A stretch of 64,000 nucleotides of DNA from Octopus vulgaris (lineage: Eukaryota), in NCBI GenBank assembly GCA_951406725.2, contig OX597816.1:133424001-133488000 (forward strand). The letters run 5' to 3'. Within the stretch, counting starts at the first letter, position 1. Each line of letters begins with the position of its first letter. Of this stretch, positions 10,975-25,099 are shown in pieces. A model generated the notes under the pieces. That model worked only from the letters and a program-made list of their open reading frames with translations. It had not been told where the DNA came from and did not search any database. Both the position numbers and the translations under genes were made by a program.

Positions 10975-12773
10975 CATTAGATAATGTAGTCTGGGATACA
11001 TTATTCCTAAAAGCAAAACAAGAAACAGGACAGTCTTGGATCAATTGATTTGATCATAGGTCAACACAGTCAGAAACAACTTATTGACTGAGGCTATATA
11101 ATAACTACAACAATGTACAATATTGTTTAACAAGTTCAACCCTGATGAGCAAAGATATCAAAAGTGCTCCGACTATGACCATCTTGACTTACTTTTTTCA
11201 ACGCTAATATATCTAGAATTATATTATCTAGTTTATCTTTCCTTTTTAAGACAGTGTGACATGATTTGAGGGAGACCATTACCAGCATCATTTATTGTCC
11301 ACTTTTCCATGCTTGCATGGGTTAGATGGGTTTAGTTGCAGCAGATTTTCTATGGCAGGATGTCCTTCCTGTAATCAGCCCAAACCTGTTTCCCAGTCAA
11401 AAAACCTGTTTCCCCATGGCCAGACATGTTCTCACAGAATATAGGAAATAAATGACACTGCTTATATGACAGTGACACTCATTTACAATTGTCATGTTAA
11501 ATCAAGACAATGAGACACAAACACACACTCTTACATACACATATACACATGCACAAACACATATGCATACATACACACACACATCTATCTATACTCCCCA
11601 CACACATATGTCTACAAAAAAGTACTCCATTTGGTGAGAGATAAATATTATTTAGTAAATACAATATTTGTTTTTATGAGATACTATTAGTTTCATGCGA
11701 TGAAAGCAGCTCAGACAGCCTTTTTTAACATGTCAAGTGACTTAGCACAATCCTCAGACTGTGCTCATATGGCATAACAAGCTAAAAATGGGACAATAGG
11801 ACGAGAGAGAAAAACGAGAAAAGGCAAGAAGAAAGTAGATGTAACAGGGAGAAGGTTGAAAAACTGGAAAATAAAAAAGAAAACAGAAAGAAGCAAAGGG
11901 AAAGAATTAGAGTTATGTCCCATTTTACTGCAATTTATAAAGCTGAAAAAATAGTGACCTGGAGTCTGCAGTACAGCTCAATCTGGAGTGGATGGTACTC
12001 TCCAATTCGCCAACAGGAACTTATCCATATGCTTACAACAACTGAAAATTTCAGATATGGAATTCAGCAGTGTGGTAGTGTTCTTTGATCTGAAAAGGAT
12101 CTGTGTTCTTTCAGCTATGCATTTTTTTGATTTGTTGACATATGTGTGGATTTTCCAACCATTTTCCACTTTATTGTATGTTGTGTGGAATTAGACTTCA
12201 AATCCCATACATGGCTAGCCAACTAAGAACCCAATGCATCACCCAGTCCTGATATTGAATCTATGACAATATGATTGCAACAATATGATTGGGAATCTAT
12301 CAGCTTAACTGCAAGGCATGTGGCCTTAGATATTCTATTTTTAGATATGCTGTTCTGATTAAAAAGAAAATCATGGGTGAGTATAGCCTGAATATCTTTG
12401 ATTTTTGGTTTGCTTGATCGGAGTTGATCTCACTGATGTAACTAGAGTGTGTGTCTCTACCCACCTTAGCAATACAGTTTATTCAGGCTTATACAGTAGG
12501 CCCCAAAGTGCCACCTTCATAAATGCATTGCCAAAGACAAACTTCTCCCTGCTCACAGCTATCTATACCACAAGTTGAACTAATGCTAACAACAATTGAC
12601 TCCTCACTTGGAAACATTTCTTTAACTAGATCACTAATTAATAAAAACTTACAACTAAATGAAGATTAATATGGCAATTCCTAGATCACCAAAAATTAAA
12701 CAAATTTTATACAAAATTCAGTATCAGAGAAAACTGTGTGAATTTGTATTAGCAACATAAGCCAAAAAAAGAG

Positions 12774-14277
12774 GGATCTTTTCTGTTTGGCTGCCAGTGT
12801 CAATTTTCTGTTCGAATTGATTTCATATTCATTGTAATGATGCACTTTATAGGCTAATTAATGATGTAAAAGTAATTTTCACTATAAATAAAAAAATAAA
12901 GTGTTATTAGTGATTAAAGTTTGAGAAGTTTGGTAATTTTAGCCAATCGTAAGCCACAGATACATTCATGGCTGTTTCAATAGTATGAAATGGAACATGA
13001 GAACTCTTTTGCCTATTGCCATTGTAGCAGTCTTTGAAAAATCTTTTATCTGCGAGGAAGTACGTGTTGGCAGCAGTCTTTGAAACGTCTTTTATTAGCG
13101 AGGAAACATGTGTTGACAAATTTGACGCTGTATTCTGAGTTCTGTCTGATTATGGCAGCAAGCTCCAGTAACTTCGCTTCTATTATGGAACAATTGAAAA
13201 CAGAGGAGGATACTGTATTGTACCTTCAAGAAAAGGGTGTTATTATACCCAAAAGAAAATTATGTAAAAAGAGGCATGTCATGTGTACGAAAAGATGTGG
13301 TGGGAACATACTGGTGATGCTTGCAGCTTAAATGTTTGTTTTTTAAGCATATTTAAATTGTAATGTGTTAATTGCACATGTGTTGTTCATCGCATTTACA
13401 TTAAATGTATATTGAATGCTTAAATGCTTGTTTACTCATTTCTTTTTGTCATTGAACATTGAGGTGGTTGTGAGGTGTGCTAAAAATAACAGCTAAATAA
13501 GATTTTTTGGATAAATCTTTTAAATTGACATAAACATTTATTTACATGAAGGAAATTACCAGAGAACTTTCATCTAATTCTTCCAAATCTTTCTGTTAAA
13601 AATTGTACTCGAAAGAATGCCTTAATATTTGGTAAATGTTTGCTTTTTAAGCATATTTAAATTGCAATTAAATATATTTAAATTGTAATGTGGTTATTGC
13701 ATGTAATGTGTTGTTCATCGCATTTGCATTAAATGTATATTGAATGCTTAAATGTTTGTTTACTCATTTCTTTTTGTGATTGAACATTGAGGTGGTTGTG
13801 AAGTATTTGCCAACATCTTGCTCAGAAATTTAAAACTGTTTTTCTCTTTTAAAATTCTTCCAAACCTTTCTGTTAAAAATTGTAATGTGTTTATCGTATG
13901 TAGTGTTGTTTATCGCATTTGCATTAAACACTGGTGGTTGTGAGATGTGCTAAAAATAACAACTGAAAAAGATTTATTTACATGAAAGAAAATTACCAGA
14001 GACATAACACGTGTTGTTTACAAATATTGACAACGCGTGCTATTTTCAGGATGTTGACAAAATATGCAGTCACGCACAAAATGACAGGCTTCCAAATCCT
14101 GTTTCCTAACAGGGTGAAAATGATCAAACTTTAGACCACTATAATTTTTTTAAAACAATTTTCTGGAGAAAGTGAAATAACTGCAGCAGTTCAGTTTGGG
14201 CAAGTGCATTATTGTGCCAAATTTTTAAAATTTTCGGTAAAATTTCTGAAATGCTGGCAGTCAAACTGAAAAGATCC
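12774..14277 (+). mobile_element. Merlin (IS1016/ISXO2-like) DNA transposon deletion derivative
   Basis: TIRs GGATCTTTTCTGTTTGGCTGCCAG and CTGGCAGTCAAACTGAAAAGATCC. The 8-bp flanks AAAAAGAG/AAAGAGAG match at 7 of 8 positions. Residual N-terminus TEEDTVLYLQEKGVIIPKRKLCKKRHVM then YW*C resembles Merlin transposase. Internal ~300-bp duplicated blocks at 13330-13990. Confidence 0.8.
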
Positions 14278-14689
14278 AAAGAGAGTTTGTGGAATGTACA
14301 ATGACCATAGTGAGTAGTTTAGCATTTCAGACTCTTGACATTCAACAGAAATAGGAAAACGAAGTTGTTGATCATTCCTTGCCTATAGCCATACTGCTTT
14401 TTGGTGAAAGACAAAAAACCAAAACGTTAGACTTTCTACTTATGCTTATTGTACTTATCAACACACAGCAAACTCTATTTAATAAATGTGGCCATGTTTG
14501 TGTGCGTTCAAATTACTAATTAATAGCGATTTAAGGAGCTTTAGTAATGAGACAGTAAGAAGGTTAAATATGCATAAGACAACTACAACAAAAACACTGT
14601 CTGGTGAACTTGTGTGTATATTTACTTTACAAGTGTACAGATAAATCCGTGCTGCCATTTCGTTTGCTTTATAATAGTGTGTGTGGGAG

Positions 14690-15170
14690 GGAAAGAGTGG
14701 ATGTGTACATGAGAGAGAGAGAGGAGGGTGGGGAGAAAGTAGAAAAGTAAGCTACGTGATGGAGAAGAAAGAAAACAGAAAAGAAGAGGAGAAAGAACAG
14801 AAACGACGAGAGAGAAGGATTAAGAGGGGTAGAAGGAACAAAATGTGAGGGTGAGAGAGAGGAAATAAATAAAGCGTGAAAGTGAGAGAAGAAAGTGAAA
14901 ATAATTCAAAGAGAGAAAACTGGGGGTGGCGGTAGAGGTGATTAAAAAAGGAGATGGAGTGATCTCTAAAACAGAATGGGGAGAAGAAGAGAATATAAGA
15001 AGAGGGGAGAATAAAAAGACATGTGCGGAAAAGAGAGAAAGTGAGAGAATAGAATGGAAAAAGAAGTGACAGAGTGGGAGGGTATGAAGACAGTTTGATA
15101 CAGGAAGAGAAAGGAGAAACGAGGGAGTGAAAATCAGACAGAGAAAGGAAGAGGGAATGAAAGATGTATT
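14690..15170 (+). repeat. Long purine-rich (GA) low-complexity tract
   Basis: About 480 bp of almost only A/G on the plus strand, upstream of the candidate first exon. Confidence 0.85.
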
Positions 15171-15407
15171 GGGAAACACAGACAGGTGGATATTATGCTT
15201 CCTATTCTCTTTACGTAGGCTGAATAATAACGAAATATAAACAGAAGTGTCTGATCACCAGAGAGCTGGACGTTAAACACCTTCAACCAACTATACGATT
15301 CATCCATTGATATCAACAACGTCAACACCATCTCACTGTGTCCACTACAGCTTGTGCGCATATACACACACACACACATACACTCAAACACACACACACA
15401 CACACAC

Positions 15408-15733
15408 GCCCGATTTATACAGTTTCAGTTCTGGTATTTGCAGCGGAAGAGAAAGGATTTTGATGTGTTGCATGGACTGAAGCTATTTGACTGCAAAGCC
15501 TAGCTACTGACGGACTACCACCACCACTATCACTATCACTAACATCACTTCCATTATCGACAAAAGGAGCCAGGCAATCGGTTCACTCATTTGTCTGTAT
15601 GAAGCAGAGATCAATTGGATGGCCACTAGTGCCGCCCGAATCATGTCTACACGGACTGATCGCTTGGATGAATTCCGCTGCGATGCCCAAGTGGCTGTAG
15701 AACTAAGTCAGTTGGCTAGCTGGCCTATATTGA
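15408..15733 (+). other. Candidate first exon of an unidentified host gene (possible short coding start at ATG 15619/15643)
   Basis: Unique, CpG-retaining sequence. Open frame MATSAARIMSTRTDRLDEFRCDAQVAVELSQLASWPIL ends at a donor-like A|GTATGT (15733/15734). No recognisable domain; start coordinate approximate. Confidence 0.4.
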
Positions 15734-16110
15734 GTATGTAAACACCTTTCTTAAACTTGATGTCCATTTTATGATTGCTGCTACTGTTGTTGTGGCTGCA
15801 GCTGCTGCTGCTGCTGTTGAATTTGTTGTTGTTTCTTAATATTGTTTTACATGTTGATAACAGTTGATAGAGAGCGATGTCTTCTTTATTTTTCCTTTTC
15901 CTGTGATTTTCTTTCTCTCACTCTCCATCTCTTTTTACATGTCCAGTTAGTTACCTTCCAGGAATAAACTGATGCTTAACACACATTAAAAATACACATT
16001 GTGTTGCACTTTTATTTATATACATCTTTGAGCTGCAACAGATAGTGAAGGAATGTAATAATATGTACGTATTTATGCACACAGGAATGCATACTTACAC
16101 ATATACACAC

Positions 16111-16219
<109 letters not shown>

Positions 16220-16857
16220 ATCTATTCTCGACCCCTCTCTCTATCTATCTATATGTATATATGTGTGTGTATGTATGTGAAACAAGCTCAAACATATATG
16301 CGCACCAAATACGCACATATACTTACATATACACATATATGTGCGTACACATATGTGTGTGTGTATATATACACAAATTGGGTACGTACATTCACATATA
16401 CATACGTTTGTATGTATGCATATATGTACGCATGTATGGGTGCGCTTAATCGTGCATGCGTGTGACTGTGTGTACGCGTGAGCGCGCGATTCTTGTTGAA
16501 TGCTGCTGTAACTCTTGAAATGTTAAAGATCTGAGATTTTAGAAGATGGAAAAGCACATGACGAAATAACAAAAGGATTAGGAAATAAATAAATAAATGG
16601 GTTTTTATCCTTTTCTTTTTTTGTTTTTACTAACGAATGCACTTAGATCAAACAGTGATGTGGATAACCATATTGGATATCAACAGTGTTCAGTTTTATA
16701 TACTAATAGGAATTGCAATGATAGTATTATATTCTCTAAACACGGAAATGCCGTTGTGTAGTGACTGTCGCATACATAACCTCAGTTATGCATAAGCATA
16801 CAGGAGAATATTGACAAACACAAAGAAATAGCAAGACAGGTGGCTAAGGATTTGAGT

Positions 16858-16891
<34 letters not shown>

Positions 16892-16910
16892 CGCGTGTAT
16901 GTATACATGT

Positions 16911-16949
<39 letters not shown>

Positions 16950-17065
16950 TGTGTATATATACATATATAGAAAGAGAGACAGACGGATTAATAGATAAAC
17001 TGACATAGGTAGGTAGATAGATAAGTCCACTTTAAATGCAATGTACGCAAGATGCAGGCATATAA

Positions 17066-17125
<60 letters not shown>

Positions 17126-17258
17126 CAGTCTAAAGCCCACTGACACATTGACTATATATATATATGTATGTATATATATACGTACATACATGTATGTATA
17201 TATATACACACATATATGTACTATATATATATATATGTGCTATATATATACATATGTT

Positions 17259-17304
<46 letters not shown>

Positions 17305-17699
17305 ATATATATACACACACATACACACACACACACACATACACACACACATATAAACTCGTTGATGTTAGTATTCATAGAAACAACAATTAAATGTAAA
17401 GTTTGAAATGAGCTTCATTATTTTTATAAATTTAAAGTACATGTAAAAATATCAAAATCCAAAATAGAACAAGTGATTCTGCTTCATCATGTATAAAACT
17501 AAATTCACAGCACATTTTATCGTGTATTCCTTATCCTATATTACTGCCAGACCATCGCGTCTTGTCTCAGCTTTCGTTTAACCACATTAGAACGTTTGCT
17601 TTATTACTTCTTTTGGAAAGGACGGGTTTTATTCATTAAGTGTTCCATCTACTGTCATCATTCTCTTCGGGAAGGACTCGATATGCTGTGGCTAATATT

Positions 17700-18460
17700 G
17701 TACGGACAAGAGTTGTTGCGGCATCGGTAGAGGTTTGGGAACAGTGGGCAAGAACAAATGTCATCGCCCTTTGCCTGACATGCTTCCCCATTTTTCACTT
17801 TAACACGCCTGGATCAAACGAAAACCAATACTGGGCACCTGGTGTCTGGAATTACGTCGGGCGCTCACCGTCCAATACCATTGGGTCACACAGCTAGTGG
17901 AACTTTCATGTAAGCTTTCTATAAAGTACTTGTGGCGGGGACAGACAGTGATGTTCTTGGAGTAAACTCTGAATGGCAAAATGACTCGACTGGCTTGTCT
18001 ATTCCGGTGGATAACAGATAACTTCCAGAAATCCCTTGACTGGCAGTGCTACAGAGCAAGGAGAGCATTTCCAGTTCGAGATAAGCACTTCAGGCAGGAA
18101 AGTGCTCTCAGCCAGGCTTGTTTGAGATGCACATAAAACAAAACCGTTTTGTTTGCTCTGCATCCCAGCATTGCTGACTCGTCGATTTTTGTCGAACAGC
18201 TGTTGCATGTAGGACGGATCCAGCTATCGGCCATTGTGAAGATCGCCCCGCCACTTTGTTTTAGCAGCGAAGAACAAATAGTTTTCCTGACTGGTCGCTT
18301 TAGTAAAAGAGTGTGCAGTGGACACAGCTAAATGAACAAAAGACATACTTTTCACTTTGGCCAAGGCCTTATCGACGTTTACAAGTTCTACTTGAGATGG
18401 GATGTGCTACTCTTCTGTAAACTTGGTGAAAGATGGATGTGAATAAGAAACGTATCACGA
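17700..18460 (-). pseudogene. Decayed CR1-type LINE APE endonuclease domain
   Basis: Minus-strand remnants occur in APE order: NYLFF...SGGAIF (GY..FR.DR..GGG), ALLAL*HCQSRDFW (GDFN.P.I.W), TQ....R..RHQVPSI (Q.V..PTR...PS.LDL), GKGR*HL (G.SDH). Confidence 0.55.
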
Positions 18461-18835
18461 ATGGGTTTACTCTATGTATGCGCCTGTAGACCAGAGATCT
18501 GGTCAAATGAGGGCACTCGTCCTTCCTTGTTAGGATAATCCTTGATCTAGGAGGTAATACTTGATTTTGATTGGTTGGCTTTAGGTGGTACTTTACAAAT
18601 ATCTGATATGTTCGTTCTTTAGGAACCACATTAGATGTGAAGTGCGTATATTAATATTTTTATTTAGTCATCTGATTTTTGTTTACAATCTCTTCCAACT
18701 TTTCTGTAACTTGTCTCTGACATGACTCTTCATCTGCTGTTGCATTGTGCCAATAAAATTTATAAATATAAATTCATTTCTTTAAAACAATTTCAAAGGC
18801 ATGGACATTGCGACTCTTATTTATTTTGTCATAAT

Positions 18836-19047
18836 CCTTTTTGCTACAGGCACAAGGCCTTGAAACTTCGGAGGAGGGAGCTAGTCGATTACATCGGCCC
18901 CGGTACTAAACTCTATACTTTATCAACTCCGAAAGGATGAAGGGCAGCCAACCGCGGCGGCATTGAAACTCGGAATGTAAAGAGCCGGAAGAAATACCGC
19001 AAAGCATTTTGTTTGGCGCGGTAACGATTCTACCAGCTCGTCGCCTT
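18836..19047 (-). mobile_element. tRNA-derived SINE copy with intact CpGs
   Basis: Same family as 4228-4430. Head GGCGACGAGCTGGTAGAATCGTTA on the minus strand; 16 CpGs counted in 18841-19047. Confidence 0.85.
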
Positions 19048-20379
19048 AAAAGCATCAAGAGGCTTTTTTTTCCCGACGTTCTAGCGATTCTGCCACTTCG
19101 CCACCTTTTTATTTTCTCATAATAATAGCTCGTTGTTGATGCTTTTGTAAGAAACATTCATTCGAAACTATCTGTGAAGCGAGCAATTTATATAAAGTCA
19201 TGTATTTATTTATTCTATGTAAAACAAATCCCTATCAATTTGGTAACTGGAAATATGCATAGGATTTGGTCACAAAATATGTTCCAGTTTATATGGCGCT
19301 CTTACGTTTGATATATTAAATTTGTTTAATGTTAAGGATGGTGTTTGAAGTGTTGAGATGTTCGCGTGAGATCATGTTGGAAACCAGTTTACAACGTGAA
19401 GCTTTATAGTCAGACACATGAGACTTTATAAACACTGTACGAAGTATTGGCGTAGCTTGGACGGGACCATAGAAGCGTTTGTCCTAGGCGCAAAATTTCG
19501 GGAAAAAATAATTTTAATAAAATATAGCGCGTCTTACTCCAAGCGCTCGCAACCCACGCTGGTATGAAGTTCCAAATATCTGTGTACATAGTCTTGTGCG
19601 GTTACGAAATATACATACTTTTACTCTACACATCTTTAAACAGTAAAACCCTAGGCCCAAAACATTAAATATGTATGTCCAAAACGGATATCCTAAAGCA
19701 ACAATCAATCAGTTTTCTTTGCCTTGTACAAAAAGTGCGTGATAGCTATTCGCACATTGTTAAATAGAAATTTTTAAAGGAAAGCGAATGTTGTGCTTTT
19801 GGGTTAAAAAGAAAGTGACTGTGTAAAACAACCTGACTGATTCAACAAATAAACATTTTAAAGATAAACGATCTCTGGTGGAATATCTTGATTGAAAGTC
19901 GTGAACCTCAGATCTGAGGAAATAAAGTTAAAATATTCACTGTTTATATTTGAAGAATATTCTTACACATCAATTCATTCCAAATGGGAGATTCTTATGA
20001 AGATAAGTCCTAAAATGTGAAGAAAGCTTTTGATATGAGAAACATTGATTTTATTATCTTATTTGCTGAAACTCGAATTTCAGTATTCTTTCTTATACTG
20101 TACCCATCCAACACACGCATGCTAATTATTATTGCTTCCCATACAAACGTTTGGAAAGCATTATTCGTGGATGATAAGCCATTCTTTTATTCTCTAGTTT
20201 CTTTATATTCAAGTAATCATTCAAAGATTTGAAAATAGCTCTAATCAAGAGCATTGACAACTTGCATTTGTCCGTAAACTAGCCGAGTCTTTTGAATGCT
20301 TACGTCAACCTCAGTGAATCATTTTTATTTTCAGTTTATTTTCAAAGTTAATGAATCAATAAAATCCTAAGATTCTACA

Positions 20380-21170
20380 CTAATACACACACTGAAAACT
20401 TTATATCCTCCACCTACAATTCTCTACAATTTTTCTTATTTATTCCAGTTCTACGATGTATCCTTTGCACATGCATATTTAATTGCTTTCTTAGCTATCT
20501 CAGTTCAGCTGGATATCAAAAGTATTGATATTCCTTCACTACTCAGTTGCTTTCCCAACATACCTGCATTCAGTTGATCAGATTTATACTGTACATCATC
20601 CATTGATTAATGATTCAACTCTTTCGTCTTACACTTTCAATCCACAGTCTTTACTTTCCATATGTTACTAGTCTGTATTTCATGTTATTATTACGAAACA
20701 TGATAATCTTTGTCCTAAGGTTGGATTAGGAATACAATTGATTTCTTTTGAGTAGCTACACGATTTCATTGTCATCAAATAAGGTGACAATTCTTTATTG
20801 AACTTCCTTCCTCTATCTTAAACCCTTTGATATTATGATGTTAGAATCTTCAATATTCTTCGCTAATATGAATTTAAAATCTGATAGTATCCACTGCTTC
20901 TAGTGATCCAGGTTTGTCAGTTCTTGGTCATCCATGTAATATATATATATATATATAATGTTAGTCCTTTAGTCCATTATCTATCTGCCTGATAATTTAT
21001 TCTCATTGTCATCTTCAGCACAATAAATTTTAGATACTGTTATCCACTCTAACCGCTAACTCAGAAACAGTCATCCATGCTTCAAGACTTTTCTAAAGCT
21101 CCTACATAGACTCTGCTATTATTTCAAACAGTTTGTTCTCTGTTCATCACCAGGAACCATGTTTGTGGTA
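20380..21170 (-). pseudogene. Highly decayed CR1-type RT relic
   Basis: Scattered minus-strand remnants KHG.. (QHGF), AVD.I..DF, LFDDNEI (LFADD), KYA...KD.IVELE, with many indels. Confidence 0.4.
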
Positions 21171-22121
21171 TTTCTATATACAAGCTGGACTGTTCCTAAC
21201 TCACTCAGAGATATATTTTATGCAGAGTTACTTGGTGTTAGGCTTATGGATTTTAAAAATAAATTTTAATAATAATACAAGTAGAATATCAGTATAAAGA
21301 ATGATTAATAAATAATTCAAGAAACTTGATGTTTGATAACAGAAATTCTTGGATTCAAGCCTTAAACTATTATATAGGAAGAGAATACATTTGGAGAAAA
21401 AATGGCTTTCCATAAATTATAAGCTTTGCAATGAATGATTTATTAATTATGTTCTCATACTTATCAACATCACACACAAACTATTACAACATCAACTGTA
21501 CTTTCCTGCAAATTTAATATTCAGTTACAAGGACCTGTTGCAAAACACTATTAAAATAAAACTTTTTGATTGATAAACTAGTACATATTTTATGAACTGA
21601 GTTTATTTTTGATTGGAATCTTCAACATTAGATGGAACGTTGTAATAATACCAAGTCTTCTATTGCTTTGAAACCCAAGAAATAAACTTGCTGTTACCCT
21701 TCATCTCATATATTTGTGCATGTTGTTACCATTCATCAACTATTTCTTAAGAAATATTCTTAAAAAGTGACATGAATTGACTATGGTGGAAGACAAGAAG
21801 GAGCAGTAAGGTTGGATTTGAAGACACTTTGCCTTACAGACAAGATAAAAGTATTGACAGTAGGAGTGATATGCCTTACTGCAGATGTGTTCCATCTAAG
21901 TTAAAAAGTAATGTTAAATTAATTACAATGGTTCCTTGACACATACTGATGGATTCTCTTCCTTTCTTTCTCTCCATTTCTCTTCTCTCTTCTTTTCTCC
22001 TCCTCTTCTCATCAATTCTCTTGAATGACTATCTTTGCTTTTCAATCAACAGAGCTACCTATTCATTAAATTATAGTGAAAAATGACTGAGTATACCACA
22101 GACATTTGTACCCTTAATGTT

Positions 22122-22704
22122 ACTGCACCATTATATGTGTTGGTACTTACTGGTGTAAGCTGGGTTGCATGTTAAACCCATAATGAACAGACACGAACAT
22201 GATATAATATATTTTAATTGTAAGATTTATTGCACAAGAGAGCAATTGAATTCAACTTCTAATAACTGCTATTAGAGCATGTAGGAATTGGAATAGAGCA
22301 TCATAATGACTAATTAAGCTTGAAATTCTAGAAAGTGTTGGCTTGCAAATATGAAGAAGAATTCCTTTTTATTTCAAGCTGGATTCAACTAATGAAAACT
22401 TGGTGTTGCTGGGTGATGAAAGATGAGGTGTGTGTTTTCTGATGATTCTCACACATCTCTGGTTGTTCTGGTTTGCTTGACAAGAGATGAAGCGTCTGTT
22501 CTCCTGCACTCTCTTATATCTCTGCTGTTTGTTCTTGGTGTGAATTACTTATAACTAGAGAAATGTATACATATCTCAAGGATGTTTGAGATTACAGTCA
22601 TGATGTTGTGAGCTGATTGGTTTGATAATTAGAATGTGTGATCAATTCATGTCCATTGACTTGGGAACTAAAATATGTTAGGTTCAATTCTAGTTCTCAC
22701 TACA
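22122..22704 (-). mobile_element. LTR retrotransposon 5' LTR relic with truncated primer-binding site
   Basis: The minus strand starts TGTAGTG, has a TATA-like GATATAAG and an AATAAA, and ends ..AACACATATAA followed by TGGTGCAGT (PBS-like). It interrupts an older SINE-like repeat. Confidence 0.55.
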
Positions 22705-23729
22705 TAATTCTTAGGCATATTCAGTATGACACTGTGTAACAGAGCTGGACCTGTGTATATTTCATCCAGTAAACTTCCATACAAACTTTTTCTAGTTAAT
22801 TTTATGCATAAGGCTGGAGTCAATCCAAAACTATGGTAGGGAACACTTTGTCAAGGAACCATGCTGTGATTACAAATTAAAATTCTTAATTACCTGAAAC
22901 CATTACATTTAGTATAGCTTTGGACAATTTAACATATGATACATTATATGATACCTGAATATATCAAATGTAATAGTTTATTATATTTTATTACCCAATA
23001 TTTCTGGTGAGAATATGTCCTCCAAATCTTTTATTAGTTTCATCTTCCTCAATATCACATGAATCAATGTCGTCTATGACAAAATAAGAAACAGACCACC
23101 TGTCAATTGTCCTCAGTTACAGATATAGACAATAATTCCTGTCAAAACTGATTTCAATGCAGAAATGTAACATTTTTCACTGTTCGTATTGGATCAACAT
23201 TGTTTTGTTTCTTTATTCATTTATTTCATATTGTCATAGCATGGATTGTTTTACAGCAGAGCATCTAGAAGGATACAGATAGAATATTGGGTTACCTCAT
23301 CTGTGAGATCTAACATTTTAAAACTCTAATCAAACAACCTCATGCTCTTTGAATTACATACATGCACACATGTTTCACATATGTACATATATATGTACAT
23401 ATATATGTACACACATATACATATGTATTCTCACACATGGAAGACATTGCTACATGTTAACCATTTTTTGTTAATGATGTGCAGGATTTGTATACAGTTG
23501 TATACAAATCAGTGTTTTTGTCTTTCATGTATTTGTGTTGTATGTATAGTTATAGGTTAAAAAGTGTGAGTGAGAAGACAGTACATTACTGAAGAAAATA
23601 ATGTTCTGAAAAGGTTGTTCTTGTACAGTAGATTTCTAACTAGCATTTTGCATCTTTTATTCAGGCAGCACTCATGTGAGTAAATAGGAGGGAATGGAAT
23701 TGAAAGGTTTACTGAAAAATACCCATGCT

Positions 23730-23958
23730 ATTGACACATAAAAGACACCTCTGCCAGTGACAAATAAAAAGCACCCATGCTGGTAACACATAAAAGACGC
23801 CCAATACACTCTGGAGTGGTTGGCATTAGGAAGGGCATCCAGCTATAGAAACCAAGCCAAAAACAGACTGCAGCCTGGGTGCAGCTCCAGCCAAACTGTC
23901 TTACCCATACCAGCATAGAAAATAGCTGCTAAATGATGGTGAGGATGTTGATGATGAT
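23730..23958 (+). mobile_element. Retroposon with RTE-like tail (decayed, with a few units of the pseudoknot motif)
   Basis: GACACATAAAAGACACC / GTGACAAATAAAAAGCACC / GGTAACACATAAAAGACGCC, then GGAGTGGTTGGCATTAGGAAGGGCATCCAGC and a (GAT)-like tail. Confidence 0.75.
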
Positions 23959-24052
23959 TGGTCCTAAGAGTGGTTCGTGTGAGAGGGTTTTATTGTTGAA
24001 TCCATCATAGATTTTCGGTGTTAGATTTGTGTATATAGATGTGGTATGTGTA

Positions 24053-24084
<32 letters not shown>

Positions 24085-25099
24085 TGTGCTGTGTTGTTTT
24101 GTGTATGTCTTGTGTTCGTATGTTGTGTTTTTCTGTGTGTATTGTTTGTGTATAAATGTTTGGGCTTTTCCTACCTATGGCAAACAAAGCTGACTTGCTC
24201 AGTAGCCTAAGCTTTCCAATTAAATGTGAAGAAAAATTGAAATGTCTCTTGATATTGTTGATTAATTGGTCTACTTCTACTTCTCTGTTCAAGCATACAG
24301 TATTGAGTGTGTTTGGTGTGTTGTATTAACTGACTGATGATTACCAAGATTAACCTGGATAGCTCCAACATTGAGAGTATAAATATTTTTTTTTTCCATT
24401 TCAAGATTAGGATTGCATCAACAAGCTATAAACAAATGGTGACTGGGGTGATGATGGACGTGGTTGGGAGGTTGATAACAGTGGTCATGGTGGGAGGTTG
24501 TTAGTGATAAGTAATGGTGGTAATGTTAAGGATAATAGTAATTATGATGCTGGTGGTGATGTTGCTGTTGCTTAGCACTAGTTTGGTCCTGATTAAGCAA
24601 ACCTATGATACATAATACATCTAGGACTACATTATCCAATGTGTCCTTTTCTTTTAAAGACAGTATAATATAATTTTAGGGAGATTTGGCTGGTGTTTCT
24701 AGCAGGTCAAGCAACCATACAGAGGTTCCTTTGTTTGTTCAATATTGCATTGTTGTTGTTGTTGTTGTTGGTGGTGGTGGTACTGACTGCAATTGTAGTA
24801 GTGGTGAGGATAATAACGGTTTTGCATACACATCTATACAATGGAATGAAGGCATGTGTCAGCATGGGTGGTAACTCACTAAACAGCTGCAGCCACATCT
24901 GTGCTACTTTAAGAGGGTAATCAAGCAATTGACGGCATTACTCAAAATCTGATTGCATCAGCACCCACACCATCTTCCACACACCTACACATGCACACAC
25001 ACACACACACACACGTCAAAGTCACCAGTCCCTATCCACATGCACATACACGCTCTCACATACACACACAGGGACACCTTCATTTTGGGATCACCACAA

